Below, piece by piece: positions 1 to 8,639 of a stretch of 64,000 nt of DNA; within the stretch, counting starts at the first letter, position 1, and the number at the start of each line of letters is the position of its first letter. Location of the stretch: NCBI GenBank assembly GCA_910585375.1, contig CAJUCZ010000006.1:1253-65252 (forward strand), given 5' to 3'. The stretch is from an uncultured Alphaproteobacteria bacterium (GTDB lineage Bacteria; Pseudomonadota; Alphaproteobacteria; RF32; CAG-239). The notes below the pieces were generated by a model. The model did no database searches. It saw nothing but the letters and a program-made list of their open reading frames with translations, and was not told where the DNA came from. The position numbers were made by a program, and so were the translations under genes.

Positions 1-271
1 CCATTGCCGGCAAATCATCATGAATTAGAGAATACGAGTGCAGGCATTCCAACGCTGCACCTACCCGCAGATATTGCTCCGGTGAAACGTCAAAAAGCTT
101 GGCTGTCTCAGCCACCAAAAAAGGGCGCAGCCTTTTTCCGCCGTTTGTTACGGAATAGGCCATTGCTTCAGCCACACGCTTTTCCGGCCCGTCCGGCAAC
201 GGAAAATATCCGGCAATATAAGCATTAAATTCTTTTGCAAAAGCATTTATAATTTGCTTGACATCAGACAT
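1..271 (-). CDS. ispA: Polyprenyl (farnesyl/geranyl) diphosphate synthase, N-terminal fragment; gene runs off the window start
   Basis: Own translation of the minus strand from ATG at 271-269: MSDVKQIINAFAKEF...VTNGGKRLRPFLV...LECLHSYSLIHDDLPAM. This contains the GGKRLRP box and the first Asp-rich motif. It starts 1 nt after the xseB stop, the classic xseB-ispA order. It is not in the ORF track because there is no stop in the window. Confidence 0.75.
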   Translation of the reverse strand, partial: MSDVKQIINAFAKEFNAYIAGYFPLPDGPEKRVAEAMAYSVTNGGKRLRPFLVAETAKLFDVSPEQYLRVGAALECLHSYSLIHDDLPAM

Positions 272-272
272 C

Positions 273-518
273 TCAGGCCTCCGCGGCATCAAGCGGTACG
301 GTTTTCATTTCGCCGTCCGGCCCGATGTCAATCTTTTCAATCTTAAGCTGAGCGGCTTTTAGCTTGCTTTCACAAAGTTGCTTAAGCGCAACAGCCTTTT
401 CATAAGCTGCAATCGCATCATCAAGCTTGATCCGGCCGCTTTCCAATTCTCTCACAATTGTTTCAAGCTGAGCCAAAGCGTCTTCAAAACTCAAATTATT
501 CAATTCATCATTATTCAT
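273..518 (-). CDS. xseB: Exodeoxyribonuclease VII small subunit
   Basis: 81 aa. LSFEDALAQLETIVRELESGRIKLDDAIAAYEKAVAL is the typical XseB helical hairpin. It is followed by ispA. Confidence 0.9.
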   Translation of the reverse strand: MNNDELNNLSFEDALAQLETIVRELESGRIKLDDAIAAYEKAVALKQLCESKLKAAQLKIEKIDIGPDGEMKTVPLDAAEA

Positions 519-698
519 AATACTCTCCTCAAAATTTAGAACATCTTATTACATTCTATCCATAATATCAAGACGGGGGATATATGTTACCCCATACTTT
601 TGGGCCAAAGCCATAAGCTATATATCAATTGGCTTTATTAGACCTGTTTTAACACTCAGAAAAATGATATGTTAGTAATGTATTATAGGAGAAAAAAC

Positions 699-1007
699 AT
701 GGATAATTTGGCAATTAGTTTCGGCTCAAAACTGTTAAAAGCCTTAGGCAATGCCAAGCGGTTAGAAATATTATACCACCTGCAGCAAAAAGAACTGAAA
801 GTCGGAGATTTGGAAAACATGGTGGGCTTGTCACAATCAGCGCTTTCTCAACACTTGGCAGTATTAAGAGCTGAAAATTTAGTAAAAACACGTCGGGAAG
901 CACAGACAATTTTTTATTCTATTAAAAGTGAAAAAGTCACAAAAATCTTAAACTTGCTTGATAATATGTATAACAAACCTTACAAAACGGCAAAAATAGA
1001 AAAATAA
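699..1007 (+). CDS. ArsR/SmtB-family winged-helix transcriptional regulator
   Basis: LKALGNAKRLEILYHL...LKVGDLENMVGLSQSALSQHLAVLRAENLVKTRREAQTIFYSI is the ArsR HTH pattern. The track ORF starts at 669, but the ATG at 699 has an AGGAG RBS. The protein has no Cys residues. Confidence 0.85.
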   Translation: MDNLAISFGSKLLKALGNAKRLEILYHLQQKELKVGDLENMVGLSQSALSQHLAVLRAENLVKTRREAQTIFYSIKSEKVTKILNLLDNMYNKPYKTAKIEK

Positions 1008-1053
1008 AGCTTTACAAAACTTTCCGAACAACCTTAAAAAAAATCAAACAAAC

Positions 1054-1090
1054 GAAAAACAGCACGGATCTAACATCAGTGCTGTTTTTT
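1054..1090. terminator. Bidirectional rho-independent terminator between convergent genes
   Basis: Stem cagcac(1060-1065)/gtgctg(1079-1084), flanked by an A-run upstream and a T-run downstream. Confidence 0.7.
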
Positions 1091-1117
1091 ACTTCTTGCC
1101 GGTATTAACTCTGCATT

Positions 1118-2278
1118 TTAATTACAATACATTTTTGTATCATAACCATAGTGTCCGCATCCTTCCCATGACGGAGTACGTCCACAACTGCGACACTGTG
1201 CAATAAGGTCACTACACAGAGGATCCATCCAGAAACGGTCAACACAAGCAGCAAGACCACCACAATAGCTTCCTACATCATCACAACAGAAATTATGATA
1301 ATCAGCAGGAAGACTACAACTTGAGCCGCCGGATCCACCACCGCCGCACCCTGAGCCGCCGCATTGGGGATCACAAGGCTCTATGGTTCCGTCCTTGCAA
1401 CAGTTTGTGTGACAAGTTGAGTGAACCGGACACCAGTTAGAAGAAGATGAGTTACAGCAGGAAGAACATTTTGTGCAAGTTCCGCCGCACCCGTCAGAAA
1501 CTGTATAAGAACCGCAGGAACACCCGGATTGGCTTGTACAGCTTGGTGTGCAGCAAGCTTGATAAGGATAGTAACAAGTCTTTGTATTACATCCGTTCTT
1601 GGTCGACCCGCCACAACCTCCGGGGTTGGAAGTCGAAGTTCCGGACGGACAGTTCATGTTGCAGGTGTAGTAGCAGGCATACTCGCAGCCGTCGGTACCG
1701 TTCGTGCCGTAGGATGAAGAGGACAGCGAAGTATAAGCCGGACAACCGGAAGGCGCACAGCAGGTGCCGTAGGATGAATCGTAAGTACAACGACCGGAGT
1801 TCTTTTTAAGCTTCTGACCGGACGGACAAGTCTTGGTAAAACCGGTTTCCTTACAAGCCCGGTCATTGTCTCTTTTACAACCTTTGTAAAGGGAACCGTA
1901 ACTAGGACAAGGCTGGTCAACATAGTTCGGGATAGAACATGAGGTCGTGTTATATCCGTTTTGCTTACACCAAGTCTGAGCATCGCATTTAAGATAATGG
2001 TCATCCCGGTTACATTCCGCAACTTTAGCATAATACTGCGGACATTGACCTGAAGCGTAATAGGTAAAGCCTTTGCTTTCACAAAAGGCAGTATCTTCGT
2101 TCATATTCATGTTTCCGCCACCGCCGGCCAAGTCTTCATCCTGACAATCAGGCAGGAAACAGACACCTGCAAAGGCGGAAGAAGGCGGGAGAAGGACCGA
2201 GAAAGCGGCGACAATAGAAAACATTGACACCGCTGACTTAAGTTTCATGTGTAGCATACAAATATTAATGTTTTTCAT
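1118..2278 (-). CDS. Secreted, extremely cysteine-rich Gly/Ser/Thr-rich protein, unknown family
   Basis: 386 aa. GGGAGA RBS before the ATG at 2278. Signal-peptide-like MKLKSAVSMFSIVAAFSVLLPPSSAFA|G. Hand count of 51 Cys. Contains runs such as CGGSGCGGGGSGGSSC. Confidence 0.75.
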   Translation of the reverse strand: MKNINICMLHMKLKSAVSMFSIVAAFSVLLPPSSAFAGVCFLPDCQDEDLAGGGGNMNMNEDTAFCESKGFTYYASGQCPQYYAKVAECNRDDHYLKCDAQTWCKQNGYNTTSCSIPNYVDQPCPSYGSLYKGCKRDNDRACKETGFTKTCPSGQKLKKNSGRCTYDSSYGTCCAPSGCPAYTSLSSSSYGTNGTDGCEYACYYTCNMNCPSGTSTSNPGGCGGSTKNGCNTKTCYYPYQACCTPSCTSQSGCSCGSYTVSDGCGGTCTKCSSCCNSSSSNWCPVHSTCHTNCCKDGTIEPCDPQCGGSGCGGGGSGGSSCSLPADYHNFCCDDVGSYCGGLAACVDRFWMDPLCSDLIAQCRSCGRTPSWEGCGHYGYDTKMYCN

Positions 2279-2455
2279 CGGCTTTCTCCCATAATAGTTT
2301 TTATACTAACTTGCATCTTATCACAAAAAGACGCCGTTGTCAATACAGTCTGGAAGAGTACAGGGCAATTTTGGCTAATACCCTAAAAAACAAGAATATT
2401 TCACACCTTTAAGGAGTATATATTTTTTCTAATATACCTATAATCTGTCGAAAAA

Positions 2456-2617
2456 TTACCAGGGAACACCTTCAATACAACGGTCGGGATTCTCCTGACA
2501 AAACCCGTCCTGACGCTCCCCGCCATTATATAATCTTTGCCGTTCTTCAGGAAAATCTCCGACATTCAGCGTACAGGCGTTCAACGCCAAAAACAACACA
2601 AATACAAGTTTTTTCAT
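2456..2617 (-). CDS. Small lipoprotein (about 38-aa mature form with 3 Cys)
   Basis: MKKLVFVLFLALNAC carries a lipobox (L-N-A-C). GAGGAT RBS 4 nt upstream of the ATG at 2617. The track ORF extends to 2650. Confidence 0.6.
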   Translation of the reverse strand: MKKLVFVLFLALNACTLNVGDFPEERQRLYNGGERQDGFCQENPDRCIEGVPW

Positions 2618-2625
2618 TTCATCCT

Positions 2626-2994
2626 CTAAAACACAATTATAACAGCCCAAACAACCAAAGCAACCGTCATCAAACGGGCAATCCCGCTCAACCAGCGACT
2701 GCGCTCATAAGCGGCAGAAGCCCTCCAAATGCCGATAACAACATTTAAAAGATAAAAAATCCAGACCAAAATCATGGTAATATAGCATAAAGTCCATAAT
2801 ATGGCCATGGTATCCGGCGCCAGCAGACTAAAATTTTGAGTATAATAAGCCAGCAAATCAGATGTTTGGGTTTGCCGGAGCAACAACTTTTCAAAGATTT
2901 TAACAACAAACGTTAACAACGCACCATACAAAACCCCGAATTTCCACAATGTCTCACTGAGAGACAGCTCTCCGGCACGCATTTTTTTAAACAT
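2626..2994 (-). CDS. Integral membrane protein, unknown function
   Basis: Several hydrophobic segments (FGVLYGALLTFVV, ILWTLCYITMILVWIFYLLNVVIGIW, LMTVALVVWAVIIVF). GGAGAAGGA RBS before the ATG at 2994. The track ORF extends to 3087. Confidence 0.55.
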   Translation of the reverse strand: MFKKMRAGELSLSETLWKFGVLYGALLTFVVKIFEKLLLRQTQTSDLLAYYTQNFSLLAPDTMAILWTLCYITMILVWIFYLLNVVIGIWRASAAYERSRWLSGIARLMTVALVVWAVIIVF

Positions 2995-3095
2995 TTTCTT
3001 TGTCCTTCTCCAATTTAAGATACATTTATTGTTATCAAGCTGATGATTATTGGCAAGCGTTTTATAAGACTTATGCGCAAATGACAAAATCGGAT

Positions 3096-3125
3096 AAAAA
3101 AACGGGAGATTATCTCCCGTTTTTT
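3096..3125 (-). terminator. Rho-independent terminator after sdaA
   Basis: Perfect stem acgggaga/tctcccgt (3102-3120), with a T-run on the minus-strand transcript. Confidence 0.8.
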
Positions 3126-4506
3126 AACAATTGGCATGATTAACGGCCAGTCCGCCCAAAGATGTCTCTTTATACTTATTATTCATATCACGCCCGGTAT
3201 CAAACATTGTCTTGATAACACTGTCCAAAGACACAATATGGTTTCCGTCCCCTTTCATGGCAATCCGTGCCGAATTAACGGCTTTTACCGCTCCCATAGC
3301 GTTACGCTCAATACACGGCACCTGCACCAACCCGCCGATCGGGTCACAAGTCAGCCCCAGATTATGCTCCATGGCAATCTCCGCCGCATTTTCAATCTGC
3401 TTGTTTGTGCCGCCCATTGCCGCTGCCAAACCCGCTGCCGCCATAGAACAGGCCACACCGACCTCCCCCTGGCAGCCGACTTCCGCGCCGGAAATTGAGG
3501 CATTGGTACGATACAGGCTGCAAATCGCCGATGCTGTCAGCAAAAACTTTATAGTACCGTCTTCCACGCTGTTTTCCGATTTCTTACTGGCGATTCGTTC
3601 AAAATACCGCATAACCGCAGGAATAATTCCTGCCGACCCCATCGTCGGCGCCGTCACGATCTGCCCGCCGGAAGCATTCTCTTCCGCCACGGCAAACCCC
3701 CACAGATTAATCCAATCAACAATCATCAGCGGATCATAATCATTATTCAAAAACCTCTCTTCAAGCCGTCTGGCAATCTCCGGTGCCTTACGCGGCAAAT
3801 TAAGGCCTCCGGGCAAAATTCCGCCGGTACGCATTCCCCGCTCCAAAGAAGCCTGCATAATCCTGTCAATTTTCTTAATCTGTGCCAAAACCTCATCCTT
3901 GCTGCGCAGGGCTGTTTCATTGGCCATAACCAGTTCGGCAATACTCAGGCCGTTTTTCCCGCATAAGGCAATCAGTTCCTCACAACTGCTGAAATCATAT
4001 GGAACAACATATGGTTCACGCTCTGTCCGGCGTTTTATCTCGTCTTTGCGGGCAACAGTGCCGCCGCCGACGGAAAAATACGTTTCTTCCAGCAGCAGAC
4101 GCCCGTCCTTATCATAAGCCTTAAAAGTCATCCCATTGGAATGTTCCGGTAAAAACGTTTCTTTTTCAAAAATAACATCGCGCTCCAGATCAAAGGCTAT
4201 GGCTTTTTCCTGTGCCAAATGCAAAATTTTGTCACGCTGGGCAGCCACAACATAAGGTTTTTCCGGATCAATTGCCTCTGCTTCCAACGCCATCAGCCCA
4301 TACACAATCGCCTTAACCGTACCGTGCCCTTCGCCGGTCAGAGCCAGTGAGCCGTAAAGCGTGGTTTCAACCCGTTCGACTTTGCCAAAAACTTCATTGG
4401 CCTTCAGATTCTCAACATACCTTTTGGCTGCACGCATCGGTCCGACCGTATGTGAACTCGACGGTCCGACGCCGATCGAAAAAATTTCAAAAAAACTATA
4501 GTACAT
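3124..4506 (-). CDS. sdaA: L-serine dehydratase (ammonia-lyase), single-chain iron-sulfur type
   Basis: 460 aa. N-terminus FEIFSIGVGPSSSHTVGPMRAA and the C-terminal CDPIGGLVQVPCIERNA motif are typical of SdaA/SdaB. Confidence 0.9.
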   Translation of the reverse strand: MYYSFFEIFSIGVGPSSSHTVGPMRAAKRYVENLKANEVFGKVERVETTLYGSLALTGEGHGTVKAIVYGLMALEAEAIDPEKPYVVAAQRDKILHLAQEKAIAFDLERDVIFEKETFLPEHSNGMTFKAYDKDGRLLLEETYFSVGGGTVARKDEIKRRTEREPYVVPYDFSSCEELIALCGKNGLSIAELVMANETALRSKDEVLAQIKKIDRIMQASLERGMRTGGILPGGLNLPRKAPEIARRLEERFLNNDYDPLMIVDWINLWGFAVAEENASGGQIVTAPTMGSAGIIPAVMRYFERIASKKSENSVEDGTIKFLLTASAICSLYRTNASISGAEVGCQGEVGVACSMAAAGLAAAMGGTNKQIENAAEIAMEHNLGLTCDPIGGLVQVPCIERNAMGAVKAVNSARIAMKGDGNHIVSLDSVIKTMFDTGRDMNNKYKETSLGGLAVNHANC

Positions 4507-4514
4507 TCAGTCCT

Positions 4515-6230
4515 CTAAAAAAACATTTTTATATCTTTATACGGCTTCACGCCCAACTCGGCATGAACCGCCGCAATTTTTTGCGAAACATCGCTCCAGA
4601 CACTATAGCGTTCAATAAACTCTTTTGCCTTTTGCGGAGACATGGAAAGCTGAATCTCAACCGTATCTTCAAGCAACTGATTCATAACCTGCGGAAAGCG
4701 TTCAAAATCTATATGCAGTTTCATATCTTCGTCAAATGAAATCGCTTTATTTTCCAACAAATAATTCAACTCAATCAGCTCAGCCACCCGATGCGGCAGA
4801 GACAATTGCGGTTTTGCTTTTCCGAACAGGCGATAAACCACATGAGTTACATAAATCTTTTTCAGGGTTTCGTCATCAATAACACCGGCTTTGACATATT
4901 CCGGCATAAAGGCCATCGAGACAATATCCGCTTTATGCTCTTCAATAATATGTTTATACTGCCCCAATCCGGTCTGATACCGGCTGTCAGGGCCCAAAGA
5001 ATGGCCGTTTTCATGCCCTATGACAAACAAATGGTCGGTTTCGGGATCAAAATATCTGTGCAGTTCCGGTGCAACCAGCTTTTCCAAGAGCTTCTGATTT
5101 TTTTCTTTATCCACGCTCATTCTGACCTGACGATGATAAACATTACGCCGGCCGCCACCTGTTTTAATAGACAACTTGTCATTATTGGGCAAATTCTGCG
5201 CCGTTGTAATTCCGCCGCGGCATTGTGCATAATCGCCGGTTAACGCGGCCAAATCGGCATCAACCATTGTCTGCTTTAGTTCATCGCTTTTGTTGATATT
5301 TTGCTCATAACGCTCGGCAAACGGCATTTTTGCTGCCAATTCTTTCATCAGATCCTTAAACTTGAGCAGCAGTTCCGTTCCCTGCTTATTGACGATTCCG
5401 ACACGGATTCCCAACATATCTTTAGAATTGACCTCAATATCATAACGGTTAAGAAGTGCCATCAAAGCACTGTTTTCAAAAACACTCGGCGTAATCGTAT
5501 CATCATAACATTCCCTGCTCAGCGTAAACTCAAGCTCGCTGTCCTGCAACACCGCCCAATGCTTGTCCGCCAGCATATCCATATCTTCATTGTTCTGAAT
5601 CAGTGCCTGCGCCTGCCACCCGAGATAATCCTTAAACTTCTCATCCGTGGTATAATGCGCGGCCACTTCAAGCTCATTGGCAATGGCTGAAAACTCTTTG
5701 GCAAAATACTCGGTATAATCTATGGCCTTTAACCCGTTGCCGTCACGCCGCACCATTGTCCGGGCGCTCAAAATTTTTCTGACCTCATCAACTTTGCCGG
5801 CTTCCAACATTTTTTGAATAATCTGATGAAATTCCTCAACCGTAAGATCAATCGGATAAAAATTTCGTCCCGGCAGACCGGAAATCCCCTTAAAAATTTC
5901 CACCGGTCTGGCATCAAGGCCGTTCAGTCCCTCCACACCGTTCAAAGACAGAAAAAGCTTAAGCGCCTTGGCGGCGTGAGAACTGCTTATTGCAGCCTTT
6001 TCCAAAGCTTTTCGCTGAACAATGTTCATATGGTGATCCTGCTCCTGCGAAACTTCATTCATGATTTTTGCCGCAGCCACCAAATGCTTCAAAGCTTTTT
6101 TATCACCTTCCTGCAATTTCTGATATCCTTCAAACCGCTCGTCAATCAAGACAACCGGCAGCATTTGCTCATTCAGCATTTTATCCAGCTCTGCCTCGCT
6201 GTAAGCAATCTCATATCCGTTAATTTCCAT
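4515..6230 (-). CDS. Zinc metallopeptidase, DPP III (M49)-like
   Basis: 571 aa. HENGH (HExxH) is followed about 20 residues later by EEHKAD, resembling the second M49 zinc motif EExKAD. There are 8 nt to sdaA, and the start overlaps the upstream gene. Confidence 0.55.
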   Translation of the reverse strand: MEINGYEIAYSEAELDKMLNEQMLPVVLIDERFEGYQKLQEGDKKALKHLVAAAKIMNEVSQEQDHHMNIVQRKALEKAAISSSHAAKALKLFLSLNGVEGLNGLDARPVEIFKGISGLPGRNFYPIDLTVEEFHQIIQKMLEAGKVDEVRKILSARTMVRRDGNGLKAIDYTEYFAKEFSAIANELEVAAHYTTDEKFKDYLGWQAQALIQNNEDMDMLADKHWAVLQDSELEFTLSRECYDDTITPSVFENSALMALLNRYDIEVNSKDMLGIRVGIVNKQGTELLLKFKDLMKELAAKMPFAERYEQNINKSDELKQTMVDADLAALTGDYAQCRGGITTAQNLPNNDKLSIKTGGGRRNVYHRQVRMSVDKEKNQKLLEKLVAPELHRYFDPETDHLFVIGHENGHSLGPDSRYQTGLGQYKHIIEEHKADIVSMAFMPEYVKAGVIDDETLKKIYVTHVVYRLFGKAKPQLSLPHRVAELIELNYLLENKAISFDEDMKLHIDFERFPQVMNQLLEDTVEIQLSMSPQKAKEFIERYSVWSDVSQKIAAVHAELGVKPYKDIKMFF

Positions 6231-7785
6231 TTTTCTTAATCTCCACTGTTCTAAAACGATAGGCTTTTAATTTATCGGACCAATAAGTCGGACTCATACC
6301 GGCTTTTAACTTAAGCTGCGTCAAAAATTCTTTTTTATCGGGAAACTCCTGCCACATGGCCGGCAAAAACAACCCCTGACGATTGCCGTCACGCAGAACA
6401 ATCCCGTCCGTTTCCGGCTGCAGGAGGGCAAGCAGCCCGTCTTCACTGTCAAAATTCAAACGCTCATAATCCGTTAGAAAAGTAATCCTGATTTCCAAGT
6501 CGGCAAGTTCTTCCGGTTTAACGCTGTCAAATCGCACATCCTCCGAGGCCGCGGCTCGGGCATTTTCTGCCACATCAAGCACCACTGCCTGTTTGGCCCG
6601 CAAACTTCCTGCTTCCCCACGCATTGTCCCCTTGTTAAACAAGGTCACAAACACTGCTCCTTTATCAAAAAGCTTTTCATGATATTTTTTACGGGAGGGC
6701 TTATATTTTTTACCATTCCGCAGCCATCTCTCCAAACTCTCTTCCGCCGCTTTTAACAAATCCTGCCCGTATTGTCCGACAAAAAGCCTGATGCTTTCAG
6801 CCTCCAGCTCAATAAGGGTCGGCAACATGTCCTTTTCTTTTTCCGGAGCGACATTAAGCCAGCTTTCATATTTCCAGTTTGCCTTGATTTCCTCTTCCGC
6901 CCCGTCATTACTGTAACCGTTAACCAGCAAAGACGTCATCCTCAGCTCCTTGGCAAAATGCAACGCCGTCTGAATTCCGGCATCTCCGCAAGGGCGTTTC
7001 CCAACCTTACCCCAATCCGGCATCTTCCCTTTTTCATCACTTTTTTGAACCTGTTTCTGCTGTTCGTAATAAACAGACAAATCGGCAAAGAAAACAAAAA
7101 GTGTTTCATCATCATACAAATACGGCCTCAGGCCCTGCTCCAGTTCTTCAGCCGTCGTATTTCCGTAAATAACCGGCAACACGGAAAAATTCTGATTGAT
7201 TTTCTTTAAAAAGAACAGATGTTTTTTCCAATAATCCTGATTTTTCCAAACCGCTTCGCTTTTCTTCCAGCCATAAGCCTTTGCCGCACGCACCATATCC
7301 GCATTGACAGGGACATTTCCTTGCGGCATAGACAACGCCTGAAAAAACGGCAGATAGATACCGGTAATTTTCGCCCCGCATTCCGGAATTAACAAAATGA
7401 CATTCTTAAACTTTTTGCCGGTCTGAGCCAACCGCCAATAAGCCTTGGCCGTAACATCGGCAGAATGCTTATAACCATTTTGCGGCACAACCAAAATCTT
7501 CGGCAACACGTTCTGACGCTTATAGCCGGAGCCGAAATAATAACCGGTATCCTGATTGCCGTCGGGAGCTTTTTTCAGATAAAACCAACTGGCGACCGCC
7601 GGCAGCTCATACTTTTCCAATTCATCATACTGCGGAATATAATCATTGATTTTCTCGGCGTTGGAGGACAAATGCGCATACAAATAGTCATAATTGAGCC
7701 AAAGCAGCAACGCTCCTGCAATTCCCCAAAAAACATAATAAAAGACACTGTGTTTTTTAACATTTTCATCACTGTCAATATTCAT
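6220..7785 (-). CDS. Membrane-anchored Memo-like / AMMECR1-domain fusion protein
   Basis: 521 aa. N-terminal TM segment VFYYVFWGIAGALLLWL. The middle region is Memo-like (ILVVPQNGYKHSADVTAKAY). The C-terminal part is AMMECR1-like (GAVFVTLFNKGTMRGEAGSL...DVRFDSV...GIVLRDGNRQGLFLPAMW...KAGM). Confidence 0.6.
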   Translation of the reverse strand: MNIDSDENVKKHSVFYYVFWGIAGALLLWLNYDYLYAHLSSNAEKINDYIPQYDELEKYELPAVASWFYLKKAPDGNQDTGYYFGSGYKRQNVLPKILVVPQNGYKHSADVTAKAYWRLAQTGKKFKNVILLIPECGAKITGIYLPFFQALSMPQGNVPVNADMVRAAKAYGWKKSEAVWKNQDYWKKHLFFLKKINQNFSVLPVIYGNTTAEELEQGLRPYLYDDETLFVFFADLSVYYEQQKQVQKSDEKGKMPDWGKVGKRPCGDAGIQTALHFAKELRMTSLLVNGYSNDGAEEEIKANWKYESWLNVAPEKEKDMLPTLIELEAESIRLFVGQYGQDLLKAAEESLERWLRNGKKYKPSRKKYHEKLFDKGAVFVTLFNKGTMRGEAGSLRAKQAVVLDVAENARAAASEDVRFDSVKPEELADLEIRITFLTDYERLNFDSEDGLLALLQPETDGIVLRDGNRQGLFLPAMWQEFPDKKEFLTQLKLKAGMSPTYWSDKLKAYRFRTVEIKKNGN

Positions 7786-7851
7786 CCGCCAGACTTTCCT
7801 GCTCTGTTTTGTTTCTGCCGGATATTAGAACACGCCGACCTTAAAATTTTG

Positions 7852-8544
7852 CTAATTTTTACCGCTCAGAGCCGCATAAAAGTGCACAAAATCATCAAAA
7901 TACCGTATTTTTTCCGGTTCTTCCGTCTCCGTATGCCATATATCTTCGCCAATCCGGATTGGTAGGGCATGCGCCGCCTTCGCGCAATTGCTGTCCATTG
8001 GGCTGTCCCCGACCATCCAAACCTCCTCGGGAGAAATCTCGTCCGGTCGCAAATACCCGCTCAAAGCATAAAAAATATGCTCGGGATACGGCTTGTCATG
8101 TTCGGCTTCATGCCCGCATACGATTTTTTCAAACATCGCAGGATCAAAAAGCAACGGCAGCTCATAATCCAAAAGCCGGCGGTCTTTATTGCTCATAATC
8201 ATCATCTTAACCCGGCGGGCCGCCAAAAAGTCTAACACCTGCCGAACCCCGTCAAACGTTGAAATCAGATCTTTCACATGCTGCAAATAAACCTCGGCAT
8301 AACGGGCATAAATTTCCTCAGCTCTGCCGCCGAAAAAAATCGGAAAATTATCTTTGAAAGACAAATCGTGATTCCTGTTCCGGCATACTTCCTCCCATAC
8401 CGGCAATCCCTTTTCGGCAAGCACCTGCCTGATGGCAAACAACAAAGCCGGACGGCTGTCGGCCAAAGTATTGTCCCAGTCAAAAATCACAAAACGGACT
8501 TTCCCGAGTGGCAGCGGTTTGTTTCTCATCTCAAAATTTTCCAT
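7852..8544 (-). CDS. HAD-superfamily hydrolase (phosphatase-like)
   Basis: VIFDWDNTLADS is the DxDxT motif I. MSNKDRR (motif II-like) and VGDSPMDSNCA (motif IV) are also present. Confidence 0.75.
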   Translation of the reverse strand: MENFEMRNKPLPLGKVRFVIFDWDNTLADSRPALLFAIRQVLAEKGLPVWEEVCRNRNHDLSFKDNFPIFFGGRAEEIYARYAEVYLQHVKDLISTFDGVRQVLDFLAARRVKMMIMSNKDRRLLDYELPLLFDPAMFEKIVCGHEAEHDKPYPEHIFYALSGYLRPDEISPEEVWMVGDSPMDSNCAKAAHALPIRIGEDIWHTETEEPEKIRYFDDFVHFYAALSGKN

Positions 8545-8593
8545 CTGTTAATTCTCTTCCAGAAGTAATTAAATTTTGCCGGTTTTCAAGATA

Positions 8594-8623
8594 GCAATAA
8601 TGCCCGTCTCCGGGCATTATTGC
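8594..8623 (-). terminator. Strong hairpin after serS
   Basis: 13-bp perfect stem gcaataatgcccg/cgggcattattgc with a 4-nt loop. It has no long U-run, so whether it acts as an intrinsic terminator is uncertain. Confidence 0.55.
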
Positions 8624-8639
8624 AATTACATCAGCTGAA

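Noticed and set aside
4-228. 74-aa plus-strand ORF at the window start
   Set aside because: The opposite strand translates cleanly into the N-terminus of IspA (GGKRLRP, DDLPAM) directly after xseB. The plus-strand ORF is an antisense shadow.
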